Below are positions 38,676-51,131 of a DNA stretch of 64,000 bases, piece after piece. The notes below the pieces were generated by a model. It was not told the DNA's origin, did no database searches, and saw only the letters and a program-made list of their open reading frames with translations. Both the position numbers and the translations under genes were made by a program. Source of the stretch: Octopus bimaculoides (taxonomy: Eukaryota); contig NC_068986.1 of the NCBI RefSeq assembly GCF_001194135.2, positions 17,345,673 to 17,409,672 on the forward strand, written 5' to 3'. Numbering within the stretch: the first letter of the stretch is position 1; every line of letters starts with the position of its first letter.

Positions 38676-39120
38676 NNNNNNNNNNNNNNNNNNNNNNNNN
38701 NNNNNNNNNNNNNNNNNNNNNNNNNNNNNNNNNNNNNNNNNNNNNNNNNNNNNNNNNNNNNNNNNNNNNNNNNNNNNNNNNNNNNNNNNNNNNNNNNNNN
38801 NNNNNNNNNNNNNNNNNNNNNNNNNNNNNNNNNNNNNNNNNNNNNNNNNNNNNNNNNNNNNNNNNNNNNNNNNNNNNNNTATATATATTGATATAGATAT
38901 ATGTGTATGTTTCTGTCACCCCCAAAATCACTTGGCAATCGATGCTAGTGTGTTTATATCCCTGTAACTTAGCGGTTCGGTAAAAAAACACCGATAGACT
39001 AAATACTAGTCTTAGAAATAATAAGTCTTGGGGTCGATTTGTTCGACTAAAGGTGGTGCTCCAGCATGACCACAGTCAAATGACTGAAAAAAGTAAAAGA
39101 ATAAGAGAATAAAAGAATAT
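38469..39120 (+). mobile_element. SINE family A, full length, with internal (CT)/(TA) tract and gap
   Basis: Head ggagtgactgtgtggtaag; tail gactgaaaaaagtaaaagaataagagaataaaag. Confidence 0.88.
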
Positions 39121-39914
39121 ATATATAAATATATAACTTACTCCGATAACATTATTTACATTATTTACATTATTTACATTTGACGGATATTTACTTTATT
39201 TACATTTGACAGTGACAGAACAGTTGCCTTTCTCTTTTGCCATTTGTTGTATTTTCAGGATCGGTTAAACTGCGATTTGTTTACATTGTTTTGTTTTATA
39301 TAATTTTCTTGTTTTTACAACATAAGACATATTGAAGGCCTTCGTAATTGTTTCATGACTGTTGTCGGTAACAGGAGACGAGATTTGAACATGGAGAGCA
39401 CACTACCGCAGTTCATTTAGTAAAACTTTTGCTTCTATGGTGTAATATGCCGATAGTCACCACAACTTTTCTCTATATTTCTTCGATAAATCACATTAGA
39501 AGCCCTAAAGGAGTTTTGAACGCACAGTTAAAAATTTCTTTAAAGAATTATCGTTAATCTAAGCTTTATATCTGATGATGTTTTGTTATTCGGTTCTCAG
39601 GGCGAATTATCTGAGTTTTCTAGGTTCAAGTGAGTATGCTATGGAAAAAACAGATATGAAATATTCCATGCCATGATTTCAAGAGAACAGCATGTAGAAG
39701 ACAGAAGCATTGACACCCAAAAAAAGCGGCAGTTCAAATGTGTGGTATTCAGTTGAAACCAATAACTATATAGACTTACAAGAGCCGCTTAATCAAGGAA
39801 ACTGTAGCGTGTGAAAGTGTGATATCATCCTAGTTTAATTTCACGTTACATTTCTTAACTAGTAAAGGTGAGAATGATCCTGTGCTTCAAGAATATAAGA
39901 TAAAGCTCCTTTTC

Positions 39915-40060
39915 GAGCCATAGATACTCATAGGGTCGGTTTCCCAGTTTCTGAGTCGTATATATACGCCCCACCTGGACGGAGCGCCGGTCTATCGTTG
40001 AGATACTTAGTTCTGGCAGTTGAGTGAACTGGAAGAATGTGAAATGAAATTGCCCGGTCC
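39915..40060 (-). mobile_element. SINE body fragment
   Basis: Related to 19295-19530. Confidence 0.6.
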
Positions 40061-40091
40061 AAGCTTGTTATTATTATTATTATTATTATTT

Positions 40092-41107
40092 TATGTTTGA
40101 CTTTTGTTTTGCATTTGTACAAGTTGGATCCAAGTCTCACCCAGAGACCTCAAGAGACAACAAGTTAGAAGTTCATGTAGGTGTTATGCCTAGGGTACCA
40201 TATATTTGGATTTGTACAGTTTTGTTCAAGTGAATGTTTAAGAAACCATAAGAAAATTATGTGTTTGCTTTAAAATTTGAGATCACATAGACAGTATTTT
40301 ACGTAGGATATGGGCAGTTCCCATGAGCACTATCTTTTGAACTNNNNNNNNNNNNNNNNNNNNNNNNNNNNNNNNNNNNNNNNNNNNNNNNNNNNNNNNN
40401 NNNNNNNNNNNNNNNNNNNNNNNNNNNNNNNNNNNNNNNNNNNNNNNNNNNNNNNNNNNNNNNNNNNNNNNNNNNNNNNNNNNNNNNNNNNNNNNNNNNN
40501 NNNNNNNNNNNNNNNNNNNNNNNNNNNNNNNNNNNNNNNNNNNNNNNNNNNNNNNNNNNNNNNNNNNNNNNNNNNNNNNNNNNNNNNNNNNNNNNNNNNN
40601 NNNNNNNNNNNNNNNNNNNNNNNNNNNNNNNNNNNNNNNNNNNNNNNNNNNNNNNNNNNNNNNNNNNNNNNNNNNNNNNNNNNNNNNNNNNNNNNNNNNN
40701 NNNNNNNNNNNNNNNNNNNNNNNNNNNNNNNNNNNNNNNNNNNNNNNNNNNNNNNNNNNNNNNNNNNNNNNNNNNNNNNNNNNNNNNNNNNNNNNNNNNN
40801 NNNNNNNNNNNNNNNNNNNNNNNNNNNNNNNNNNNNNNNNNNNNNNNNNNNNNNNNNNNNNNNNNNNNNNNNNNNNNNNNNNNNNNNNNTTTGTTACTGA
40901 GTAAGATGCTTTCTTGCTTTCATATTTTAAGACAAGTTTTAGCATCCAGTCCTCAGAGTTTTTCAGATAGGTGTCTAGGCCAATTGTGGCTACCTTCATT
41001 GATAATGCCAGCTGTAGAAGTCCTCGGCCTCCTTCTTTTCTTGGCAGATAAAGACGTTCTATATCTGCCTTAGGGTGGTGCATTCTATGCATTGTCAACA
41101 GTTTTCG

Positions 41108-41110
<3 letters not shown>
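40092..41110 (-). mobile_element. 5'-truncated R4/Dong-like non-LTR retrotransposon flanked by (TAA)n
   Basis: RKLLTMHRMHHPKADIERLYLPRKEGGRGLLQL...(gap)...VQKIVLMGTAHILRKILSM*, ~190-nt 3' UTR, then (TAA)n at 40068-40091; (TAA)n also at 41111-41150. Confidence 0.85.
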
Positions 41111-41152
<42 letters not shown>

Positions 41153-41224
41153 GATTCACTGCTTGGAATCGAACTCGGAATCTTGGGGTTAGTAGCACGC
41201 GCTTTCAACCACTACGCCATATGC
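41111..41224 (-). mobile_element. Short tRNA-derived SINE with an (AAT)n tail
   Basis: gcatatggcgtagtggttgaaagcgcgtgctactaaccccaagattccgagttcgattccaagc with A- and B-box-like motifs, then (AAT)n. It lacks a proper tRNA 3' acceptor strand. Confidence 0.7.
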
Positions 41225-41299
41225 TAATATTCGAAAAGAGCAGCTTTTTGCGGGATCTCAGTATTATGTGGAAGGTGTTCTGGTCCATCGATTAAATCT

Positions 41300-41560
41300 T
41301 GGAACATTGAGATGTGATGGATGGGAAAAATAAAAGATTCACGGGAACGAAAAGACGGAGAAAAAACTACTGAAAGAGAATGATTGGGCAATATGGAAAT
41401 TGAGTCAGAGTAAGTACAATGTCAAAGAAGAGAGAACGGAACACGAGACTGTTGGTTTAATGACATTTAGGCAGACTGGAGTAAGAATATCAGAGTGCAT
41501 AACGAAAACCAGAGACTGAGTAGGATGGAAAAGATTACTGCAAAAACAAACGATCAAACA
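41300..41560 (+). pseudogene. Possible decayed RTE-like LINE 3' coding end
   Basis: RENGTRDCWFNDI*ADW resembles the GRPxxRWxDDI motif; weak. Confidence 0.3.
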
Positions 41561-42044
41561 ATGGCAGACATGCTTGGAAGACGAGTGCATTTAATTACTT
41601 GTACATGCAGTGGCAATAACCTAGGGTAGGCTGAGTCGGTTGCAAGTTCAGTGGGAATACAAGTGGTCCCCGATCACATGCATACACTCTTTGGGATAGG
41701 GCGATCTGTAACAGCTCATCTTGCCGTCGATTGTCGACCGTCGCAGAAGATTCGTTGATAAGGTTACCGCTGAGTATCGGAGCAGTGGAAGCCTCGATTT
41801 GAAGAGGGTTCTAGAGACGTGTTTTAGCAAAAGCTAAGTGGCAACTCACTCCTATTTGATTTCAAGTCCACTTAGCTGAAGAAAATTAGTTGTACCTCGA
41901 TTTCAAAGAGCCAGCAATGTTACATTCTGTATCATGCTGAATCTCCGAGAGAATAACGTTAAGAGTACAAGTGTCTGAGGATTGCTAAGCCACTTGCATC
42001 AGGCTCTTCCATTGATCGGATCAACTGCAACCCTCATCATCGTC

Positions 42045-42420
42045 ACCGTTTGTCTACGTTCTGAGTTCAAATTCCACCGAGGTCGACTTTGCCTTTCACC
42101 CTTTCGGGGCCGATTAAATAAGTACCAGTTACGCACTGGTGTCGATGTAATCGATTTAATCCCTTTGTCTGTCCTTGTTTGTCCCCTCTATGTTTAGCCC
42201 CTTGTGGGCAATAAAGAAATAAATATTAATATACCGGGCGAAATGCTTTGCAGTATTTCGTCTGTCTACATTCTGAGTTGAAATTCTGCTGAGGTCGACT
42301 TTGACTTTCATCCTTTCGGGGTTGATAAATTAAGTACCAGTTGCGTAGTGGGGTCGATCTAATCGCCTGGCCCCCTCCAACCAAAATTTCGGGCCCTGTG
42401 CCTTGAGTAGAAAAAAAATA
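42045..42420 (+). mobile_element. Dimeric SINE family M, 5'-truncated
   Basis: Left monomer ends gtgggcaataaagaaataa; right monomer ends gagtagaaaaaaaatat. Confidence 0.85.
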
Positions 42421-43079
42421 TTACTTTATAGAACAAATATCTCACCTAGAACTTTAAATGGTTCGCAGTTATACATTTTACTTTTTATATTTGGTGCATA
42501 GTATAGGGAATCTAGTTGAACATTTTTGGAAGATTACATTATTTTTCCAATAAAATTGTTTTTAACTAATGCATAAACATTCAACAACAACAACAGCAAC
42601 GGCAGCAGTAGTAGCAGCAACAACAACAACTATGTCAAAAGCGGGCATCGGGAGCGGCCCTCTCGTAACCACATAACAATTATTCTAATTGTACTGAAGT
42701 GCAACAGCACAATGTTTATAAATTGCTCAGTACGACAAGTAAAGTGAACTCAATTAAATAATGAAACTGAACGAATTCAGGAAAACCATTTTACTGCAGT
42801 TTCATTTCTTAAATTAATCGAAATTAGCATTGGAAATGCTACTACAATACTGCATATATAGACAAAAATAGATTTCTGCGAGGAAAAAGTAAGAGGAAAC
42901 TTCATCGAAGTAACATAATATATATGAATATGTGAGTGAATTATTAAAACGATAATAATATTTAAATGATATTTTAAATTGTATCTTGTTTTAAAATTCT
43001 TCTTCTCCGTCATTTCAGGCATGTTACTGCAAAATCGCCAGAATACTTTTCCACAAGAATATTTACAGTATTATTTCAA

Positions 43080-44000
43080 CAATATTCGTTAGCACGCCGT
43101 CTGTCTAGGTTCTGAGTTCAAATTCCGCCATGGTCGACTTTGCCTTTCATCCTTTCGGGGTCGATTAAATAAGTACCAGTTACGCACAGGGGTCGATGTA
43201 ATCGATTTAATCCCTTTGTCTGTACTTCTTTGACCCCTTATGGGCAATAAAGAAATAAATATTAAGCTGGCTTAATCGTGAGCGCGCCGGGCGAAATGCT
43301 AAGCAGTATTTCGTCTGTCTACGTTCTGAGTTCAAATTCCGCCGAGGAATACTGCTAAGACAGACTATGCTTTTTATCATTTCGGGGTTGATAAATTAAN
43401 NNNNNNNNNNNNNNNNNNNNNNNNNNNNNNNNNNNNNNNNNNNNNNNNNNNNNNNNNNNNNNNNNNNNNNNNNNTCGTCCGTCGCTACGTTCTGTGTTCA
43501 ATTTCTGACGAAATCGATCTTGTCTCCGATCCTTTCGAGATCGATAAAATAAGTATCAGTCGAGCACCGAGATCGATATAATAAACTTACTCCTCCTCTA
43601 AAATTACTTTCTGCCAACATTTGAAACCAAAATTCAACCGGCAGAATCGCTAATACGCCGGACAAAATCTTCTTTCTGATTTCAAATTCCGCCGAGGTCG
43701 AAATTGCCTTCCACTCTTTCGGGTCCCATGAAATGAATACCAGTTCAATGCTGGGGTCGATATATTTAAAGAACATAATTGTTTCTGCTGCACTTGTGCT
43801 TATGTTAGCACTGCTAGGGTGAGGTCATACGGCTGTAATCACCCCATTACCATAACCAAGGTTTATGGAACTGGGTAATCCTCTTAGAACTCAACTGGCA
43901 CGCTTTTTTCGATCCTGGTGGAATGAACGGCTGAGTTGACCTCGGCGAAATTTATACTCAGTACATTAGAGTGAATATCTGTCTTCCGATGCTCGAATAA
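43080..44000. mobile_element. Cluster of about four forward SINE M monomers (43080-43770) and one inverted copy (43870-44000)
   Basis: Repeated gttctgagttcaaattccgcc cores; gacctcggcgaaattta on the opposite strand. Confidence 0.8.
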
Positions 44001-44044
44001 TTCTCCTCCCTCACCTCTTAATTTCGTATATTTTATCTTTTCCT

Positions 44045-44945
44045 TCTTTTCACTCAATAGGTCGTGACCATACTGGAGCACCGCCTTAAGAAGTTCTTAG
44101 CTGAACGAATTGACTCTAGTACATTTGTTTGAAATCTGGTATTTATTCTATCGGTCGCTTTTGCCGAACTGCTAAATTACTGGCGCGTAAACGAACCAAC
44201 ACCTGTCGTCAAACCGTGGTGGTGAACAAACACAAGCACAAACACACACACACATACAGACACGCACACACATACAGACACACACAGAAATACAGACACA
44301 CAAACGCACGCATATACACACATCCGCACACAGATACACGCACACGCACATATTTATGCTTGAATAACACGGGCTTCTTCCAGTTTCCTTTTACCAAATC
44401 CAAAAGGTGGTGGTGAACAAACAGAAGCACAATGACACGCACATATGCGTACGCATACACATCCGCAGACACACATCTGCACGCACAGACACACGCACAT
44501 ATAAACACACACATATACTCATGGATGAATAACACGGGCTTCTTCCAGTTTCTCTTTACCAAATCCAAACGGTTGTGGTGGACAAGCACAAGCACAATGA
44601 CACGCGCGCGCGCGCGTACACACACACATGCGCACACACACTCACACACATAAACACATATATTTATGCATGAATAAGACAGGATTCTTCCAGTTTTCGT
44701 CTACCAAATCCAAACGGTGGTGGTGGACAAACACAGGAACAATGACACACACACACATCTGCACACACACACACACACGCACACATAAACACACACACAT
44801 ATTTATGCATGAATACGACGGGCTTCTTTCAGTTTCCGTCTTCCAAATCCAGTCACAAAGAAGACACTTGCTCAAGGACACTGCAGCCGGAACTATCTAA
44901 TTAGGAAGGAGAAGCAAGCTTCTTGGCACACAAACACACCTCCGC
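44045..44945 (-). mobile_element. SINE family A whose central microsatellite module is repeated four times
   Basis: Units at ~44211, 44401, 44567 and 44712, each (g)tggtg(a/g)acaa...(CA)n...acgggcttcttccagtttc...accaaatcca. Confidence 0.88.
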
Positions 44946-45117
44946 CTAATCGTGGGTGTTGCGTTCCAAACACCACCGCGATAGGTGAAGATCCGCGAAG
45001 TACAAACTCTACCGTTCAAGGAGAGGACAAATATCCGTCAAATGTAAATAATATAAATGATGTAAATAATGTACATAATTCCTCATATCTGAAATATAGA
45101 ACTGTAGTACCGTTTTC

Positions 45118-45497
45118 TTTTACTCTTTTACTTGTTTCAGTCATTTGACTGCAGCCATGCCGGAGTACCACCTTAAATAGTGTGAGTCGAAGAAATAGAC
45201 CCCAGGACTTATTCTTTTCTGAGCCTAATACTTATTCTATCGGTATCTTTGTCGAACTGCTAGGTTACGGGGACATAAACACACCAGCATCGGTTGTCAA
45301 GTGATGACGTGGGGACAAACACTGACACACACACACAAATATATATATATATATATATATAAACATATACAACAGGCTACTTCGTGTTTCTGTGGCTATA
45401 GTAGAAGACACCTGCCCAAGTTGCCACGCAGTGGGACTGAACCCGGAACCATGTAGTTGAGAAGCAACTTTCTTACCATGCAGTTACTCCTGCGCCT
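45118..45497 (-). mobile_element. SINE family A with an internal deletion
   Basis: Tail ttttactcttttacttgtttcagtc; head ccatgcagttactcctgcgcct. Confidence 0.88.
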
Positions 45498-45514
45498 ATC
45501 TATATATTTTTCAT

Positions 45515-45704
45515 TTTTATAATTTGTGCATATTTTTTTGATTATAACTGCAAAACAACACCACGGAGGAATCGACGTAAACTTAAATAATAAACCGTGA
45601 TAGGTTAACCGCGATAAGTGAACCACGATGAGTGAACTGCGATGATTGAGCCGTGATAAGTGAACCGTGATAGGTTAACCGCGATACGTCGATGGATTAC
45701 TGTA
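45515..45704 (+). mobile_element. Tigger/pogo-like MITE end with 14-bp subterminal repeats
   Basis: Six full units plus a partial of ACCGYGATARGTKA (45594-45690), ending ggattactg|TA. Confidence 0.7.
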
Positions 45705-46263
45705 TAACATCTACAAAAGTATTTGGATTGTCACAGCCATCTTGACGAATGAGACTCGGAATGTCTCAATAGGCGTTTAAGGCGGTGCTCCACCATGGCC
45801 GCAATCTATTGACTGAAATGAAGGAAAAGATACACAATAGAGAGGGAGGTAGAGGAATCATTTGAGCGTCGGAAGAGAGACCTTGAGATATTTGCCGTTA
45901 AGTTCTGAATACAAATGTCTCAACAGAAATACCACAAAATTTGGATGGACATGTCCTGTAACTATACTGGCCGAAACCTATCAAAATCATTATCATAACG
46001 GATCGAAAATAATCTTTAACAACATAAGGAAAGAATAACGAGTAAAGAAGTCTTTCAGAGGAGTTTCTCAAATATATGTAGATTTAGTGACACCGCGTTG
46101 CAGAGTGTATCGCTCATAACATGCAAAGGAAAAGAAATGTAAACAAACCAAAATGGTGGCTACGATCGAATATGAAGCGCAACAGAGAAAGACAAAGCAA
46201 AACCCACCGAAACAGCTAGCTTGTTACTGAATTAACGTGAAAATGGCTGACCCAATCCACAAA

Positions 46264-46400
46264 TATAGTAACCGCTCGTCATATCGCGGTTCACCTTTTG
46301 CGGTTAACCTACGCGGTTTATTATTTAAGCTTGTATCGATTCGTTCGTGGTGTTGTCTTGCCTTTATAATAAAAGAAATATATACAAATTATAAATATAT
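46264..46400 (-). mobile_element. Inverted copy of the same MITE end
   Basis: Reverse complement matches 45515-45630 (aacaccacg..gaatcga..aa.cttaaataataaaccg..taggttaaccgc). Confidence 0.75.
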
Positions 46401-46497
46401 ATATAAATAAATAAATAAATATATATATATATATTATTATTATTATTATTATCATTATCTGCCTGTCTATCTATCTATCTATCTATCTATTTATCTA

Positions 46498-46577
<80 letters not shown>

Positions 46578-47100
46578 TACACACATACACGTATACATAT
46601 TTTTGTATGCATATAGATGTAAATATAAATACATGCGTTGTCTATATATGTATGTATGTATGCATGTATATATGTATGCATGTATGTATGTATGTGAGTA
46701 TGTGAGTATGTACGTATAATCCCACTTCCCATTCCTGACACGTTTCAGTGTCACTATTACATGACCGTTCTTCAATTTTCAGGAAATGTTTGTTGTCGGT
46801 TTCATCATTTCAAAAACTTACTAATCCTAACTCACCACAAGAGTCGAACGACATCGATCGGCGGACACCGGAAATTAACGAATTTATTCACTATTTTGTA
46901 CTCTGACGGCAAAATATATAAACATACACATCTGTGTATGTATGCATACACTGATGTATATGTGTGTGTGTATGTAAGCATGTATTGGTCTCTGTATGGC
47001 TGTGTGTAGAAAACAAATGTTGGTGTTTACGTAATTGTAATTCTATTTATGTATGTATTAGCACTTATGTACGTAAAACTTCAAGCACTAATGTGTGTGT

Positions 47101-47333
47101 TATTTCTTTATTGCGCACAAGGGGCTACACACAGAGGGGACAAACAAGGACAGACAAACGGATTAAGTCGATTATACCGACCCCAGTGCGTAACTGGTAC
47201 TTATTTAATCGACCCCGAAAGGATGAAAGGCAAAATCAACCTCGGCGGAATTTGAACTCGGAACGTAGCGGCAGACGAAATACCGCTAAGCATTTCGCCC
47301 GGCCTGCTAACGATTCTGCCAGCTCGCCGCCTT
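47101..47333 (-). mobile_element. SINE family M left-type monomer, full length and well preserved
   Basis: Reverse complement begins aaggcggcgagctggcagaatcgttagc and ends gtgcgcaataaagaaata. Confidence 0.92.
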
Positions 47334-47529
47334 TAATGTGTGTGTACGTATGTGTGTATGTTTGTGTGTGTATATACATATATGTATATACACATTCATA
47401 GGAGTATATTTATACATGTAAGTGTTGTATATGTGTGTGAGTGTAATTTCAAAATATGTATAAAAATCAAAATATGTATAGAAATAGGTATATACATACA
47501 CACACATATACACATATTCACACGCGGTA

Positions 47530-47651
47530 TCTATCTATCTATCTGTCTTTCACTGTCTATCTAGCTATCTATCTTTCACTGTCTATCTATCTATCTATCT
47601 TTCACTGTCTATCTATCTATCTATCACTGTCTATCTATCTATCTATCACTG

Positions 47652-47698
<47 letters not shown>

Positions 47699-48010
47699 CT
47701 GTCATTCACTGTGTATCTATCTATCTATCTATCTATCTCTCTATCTATCTTGCTATCTATTTTGTTTTTTTTCTCACAATCCCTTTTGACCGGAAATTCA
47801 TTTTTCTCCTTTTTTTCTATTTTCGATAAGAAAAGCTCGACATTGTATTTTGTCCACTCTGTGTTCCGCTCTATGTGGCTAATAAAAAAACTTATCTATC
47901 TATCTCTCTATATCTCTATCTCTCTATCTATCTGTCTATCTGTCTGTCCCTCTGTCTATCTCTCTCTCTACCTATATATCTCTTTGTCTGTCTGTATGTA
48001 TGTATGCATT
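47530..48010. repeat. (TATC)n array with TTTCACTGTC variant units
   Basis: Directly visible. Confidence 0.9.
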
Positions 48011-48036
48011 TAGATATTTAAGTAGAGTCTCAAGTT

Positions 48037-48172
48037 GAAAATTATTCAGTATTTTTGTAATACTTAATAGATTAAAAGCCTGCCACTCAATGTGAATTTT
48101 ATTCATTCTTTACTAGGAAAAGTGTTTGTAAAAATGATAAGGATTCCTTTGCTGCAGTACAGATGGTGCCAC
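48037..48172 (+). repeat. ~135-bp unclassified dispersed repeat, direct copy at 57738-57870
   Basis: Shared cttaatagattaaaagcctgccactcaat...attcattcttta...tgataaggatt...agatggt.cca. Confidence 0.8.
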
Positions 48173-48704
48173 TCATACGTGAATATATATGTATGTCGAA
48201 AGTTTCGTAGAGGGACAGCTTGGAATATGAATTGATACATCATCGTTTTTCCGCTTTCTCCTTTTTCCATTTTCGTTTTATATTTCTCTTTACTTGCCTG
48301 CTCTGAAGAAGTTCCGCTATTCAAACTGGTCTGGTATAATTAATTACTTACAATGATAGCTGTTATTATTATCATTGTGGTTGTTAAGTCTGGGAATCGC
48401 GCTAACGGAAACAGCTGTAAGATGAGATTCTGTCTTTTTGTAATGAATTAATTAATGATAATTGGTGTAGATCAATCATTATTCATCCATTTTTATCTCC
48501 ATTTTCTGTCTTCCCAATATATCGATGAACTTCCATTTATTCCTCTCATTACATATCATTTATGAGCGTTAATACTAATGCTCACATATAGGTAATACAC
48601 CAGTTGATTCAGTGGATACAATTATCCCTTAGACGGTTGTTATAACTGCTAACTTAACTCGCTTCTATGTTATATATGTAACATAGAAGCGTTACTCAAG
48701 AAAC

Positions 48705-48904
48705 AGGAATAAAGAATGAGAGAAATTTGGGGCGAAAGAGTACAACAGGTGTCACCACTACCACCTGCTGGAGCCTGCTGGAGCCTGCTGGAGCTTTAGG
48801 TGTTTTCGTTCAATAAACACACACAATGCCGGGTTTGGGGATCGAAACCGCGATCCTCCGACCTCGTGTCCGCTGCACTAACACCTGGGTCATTGCGCCT
48901 CCAT
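48705..48904 (-). mobile_element. SINE family C, 5' half
   Basis: Matches the reverse complement of 49464-49650; internal cctgctggag x3. Confidence 0.8.
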
Positions 48905-49463
48905 AGATAAGATTAAATTCTGAAAAAAATTTAATGTCTTTCCAGCCTGGAAGCAGGAAATCTGTTTTATTCATCGATGTTTATTTCTTGTTTTTAAACA
49001 CTCAAAATTTTGTCACAAATTTTCATATTGCTGTTTGTTTTGAGGTTCGAACGTTGATTCGACGATAGAGAATTTATCAAAATCCGAAAGCTAACATTTT
49101 CTACGAAAATACACGATGTATTCCAAGTATTTGTGAATGACCTGGTATATATAGTTGGACTTGTAGAAATACATTGATCTTATTCTTTTTCTTTCTCAGG
49201 AGAATATTAAAGTTAACGAAATCTCCTTCCCAGCATGACTGATATTATAACAGATTTCCTGTTCCTTTTAATTATCATGCTTAACATTTATACCATGAAA
49301 ATAAATTGCAAATAAAACAACAAGTAGCAAGTAATATCTAAAAACTGCCTGTAATGGTTTAACGAGGCATACGAAATAAATTCAGGCGTTTACATATAGT
49401 GCTTAAAAATGTAGACGAGGTTATGAAACTTAACGTGCTTTCATCGGGTCTGTTAGGTTAATC

Positions 49464-49850
49464 GTGGAGGCACAATGGCCCAGTGCTTAGGGCAGCTGAC
49501 TCGCGGTCATAGGATCGCGGTTTCGATTCCCAGACCGGGGGTTGTCAGTGTTTATTGAGCGAAAACACCTAAAGCTCCACGAGGCTCCGGCAGGGGGTGG
49601 TGATGAACCCTGCGGTACTCTTTCACCTCAACTTTCTCTCACTCTTACTTCCTGTGTCTGTTGTGCCTGTAATTCAAAGGGTCAGCCTTGTCACACTGTC
49701 TCACGCTGAATATCCCTGAGAACTATGTTAAGGGTACACGTGTCTGTGGAATGCTTAGCCACTTGCACGTTAATTCCACGAGCATGCTGTTCCGTTGATC
49801 GGATCAACTGGAACCCTCGACGTCGTAAGCGATGGAGTGCCAACAACAAC
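49464..49850 (+). mobile_element. SINE family C, full length, (CAA)n tail
   Basis: Head gtggaggcacaatggcccagtgcttagggcag...gtttcgattccc; tail gatggagtgccaacaacaac. Confidence 0.9.
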
Positions 49851-50954
49851 GTTAGGTTAATCATAGGCAGCCGTATTAGGTTAATACGGCTAATTAACTT
49901 CAACAAGGTAATTAACATCAAACATAGTAACGATCTTTCACCTTTAACATGTTTTTCAGTCATTGTCCTGGGGCCAAACTGAGGACATGCTGAGGCACAC
50001 CCTTGAAGGATTTACTGAAAGTAATCGAACTAGTGTGGTGGCACATGGCCTAGTGGCTAGAACAGCGGAATCACGGTCGAGGGTCCATGGGTTCGAATCT
50101 CAGCCGGGTGATGTGTGTGTTTATAAGTGAAAGACCTATGCACTACGCGGCTCCGGCAGAAGCTAATAGCGAACTTCTGCCGACAATTTCGCCACAACTG
50201 GGGTCGATGCAATCGACTTAATACCTTTGTCTGCCCTTGTTTGTCCCCTCTATGTTTAGCCCCTTGTGGGCAATAAAGAAATAAGAAACAGTTTGGTGAG
50301 TGGAGAAAGGACAGCATGCAAAGACGACAACATTGCATCTTATACAGTCAAAATATACTGTGTGATTATTCTCCAAGAGAGAGCTATGGTTAACCGAATG
50401 TAAGTATCTGTGGACCAAACGAATTGTACGGCCGAGTTTCCGTGTTAAAGGTGCTGCTAGATCAGAGTCGACGAAGGGGACAACAGCAACAATAACTTTG
50501 GGATTCCTCAGATGAAATATTATCCGAGCAATGACGTGCATGTTTCTACTTACTAAGTTTGCTGACATTCGGACGCAAATGTGCTAATCGCTGTGGTGTT
50601 CACCGCAGGAGAACTTTTTCTCGTTTCCTCGACGATATTTTTCCATAACACATTTGATTCATTTGTACAGGCGATCACGGGAAATCGGTGTTTCGATGTT
50701 CTGTGTCTCTTCAGCCACAATGGTGGTGGTGGTGGCGGGAGTGAATTTATACAGGAGCTACCAATGGCGTTGTTTATAATTTCACTGTACAAGATGTTTG
50801 CGCATCAACGTTGATAAACACAGGAAAGATTAGTATATTTATGTGTGAGTCACTCGAAATGTATTGAGTATAAATGTGCAAGTCGTTGTTTTGAATTTTA
50901 CTGTTCACTGTCCATATAAGGACATTCTTTTGTATTTTTTGTTAATGCCTTTAC

Positions 50955-51131
50955 ATTGCGGCCCGTGCTGGAGCATCGCCTTGAAGAAATTTAGTGAGAC
51001 GAATCGACACAATCTTTAAGTTTTCAAAGCCGGATATAAATTCCATCGGTCTCTCATGTCGAACCACTAACTTACGAGGACGTAAACACAACATCTGTTG
51101 TCAAGCGGTGATGGAGGACAAACGCTGGCAC

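Noticed and set aside
41152-41224. tRNA gene
   Set aside because: The head runs into (AAT)n without a complementary acceptor stem, so I treated it as a SINE. The same applies to the heads at 19120, 27728, 49464 and 50045.
44211-45690. CRISPR-like repeat-spacer pattern in the 44.2-kb and 45.6-kb arrays
   Set aside because: Eukaryotic context, the apparent spacers are microsatellites or absent, and there are no cas genes.
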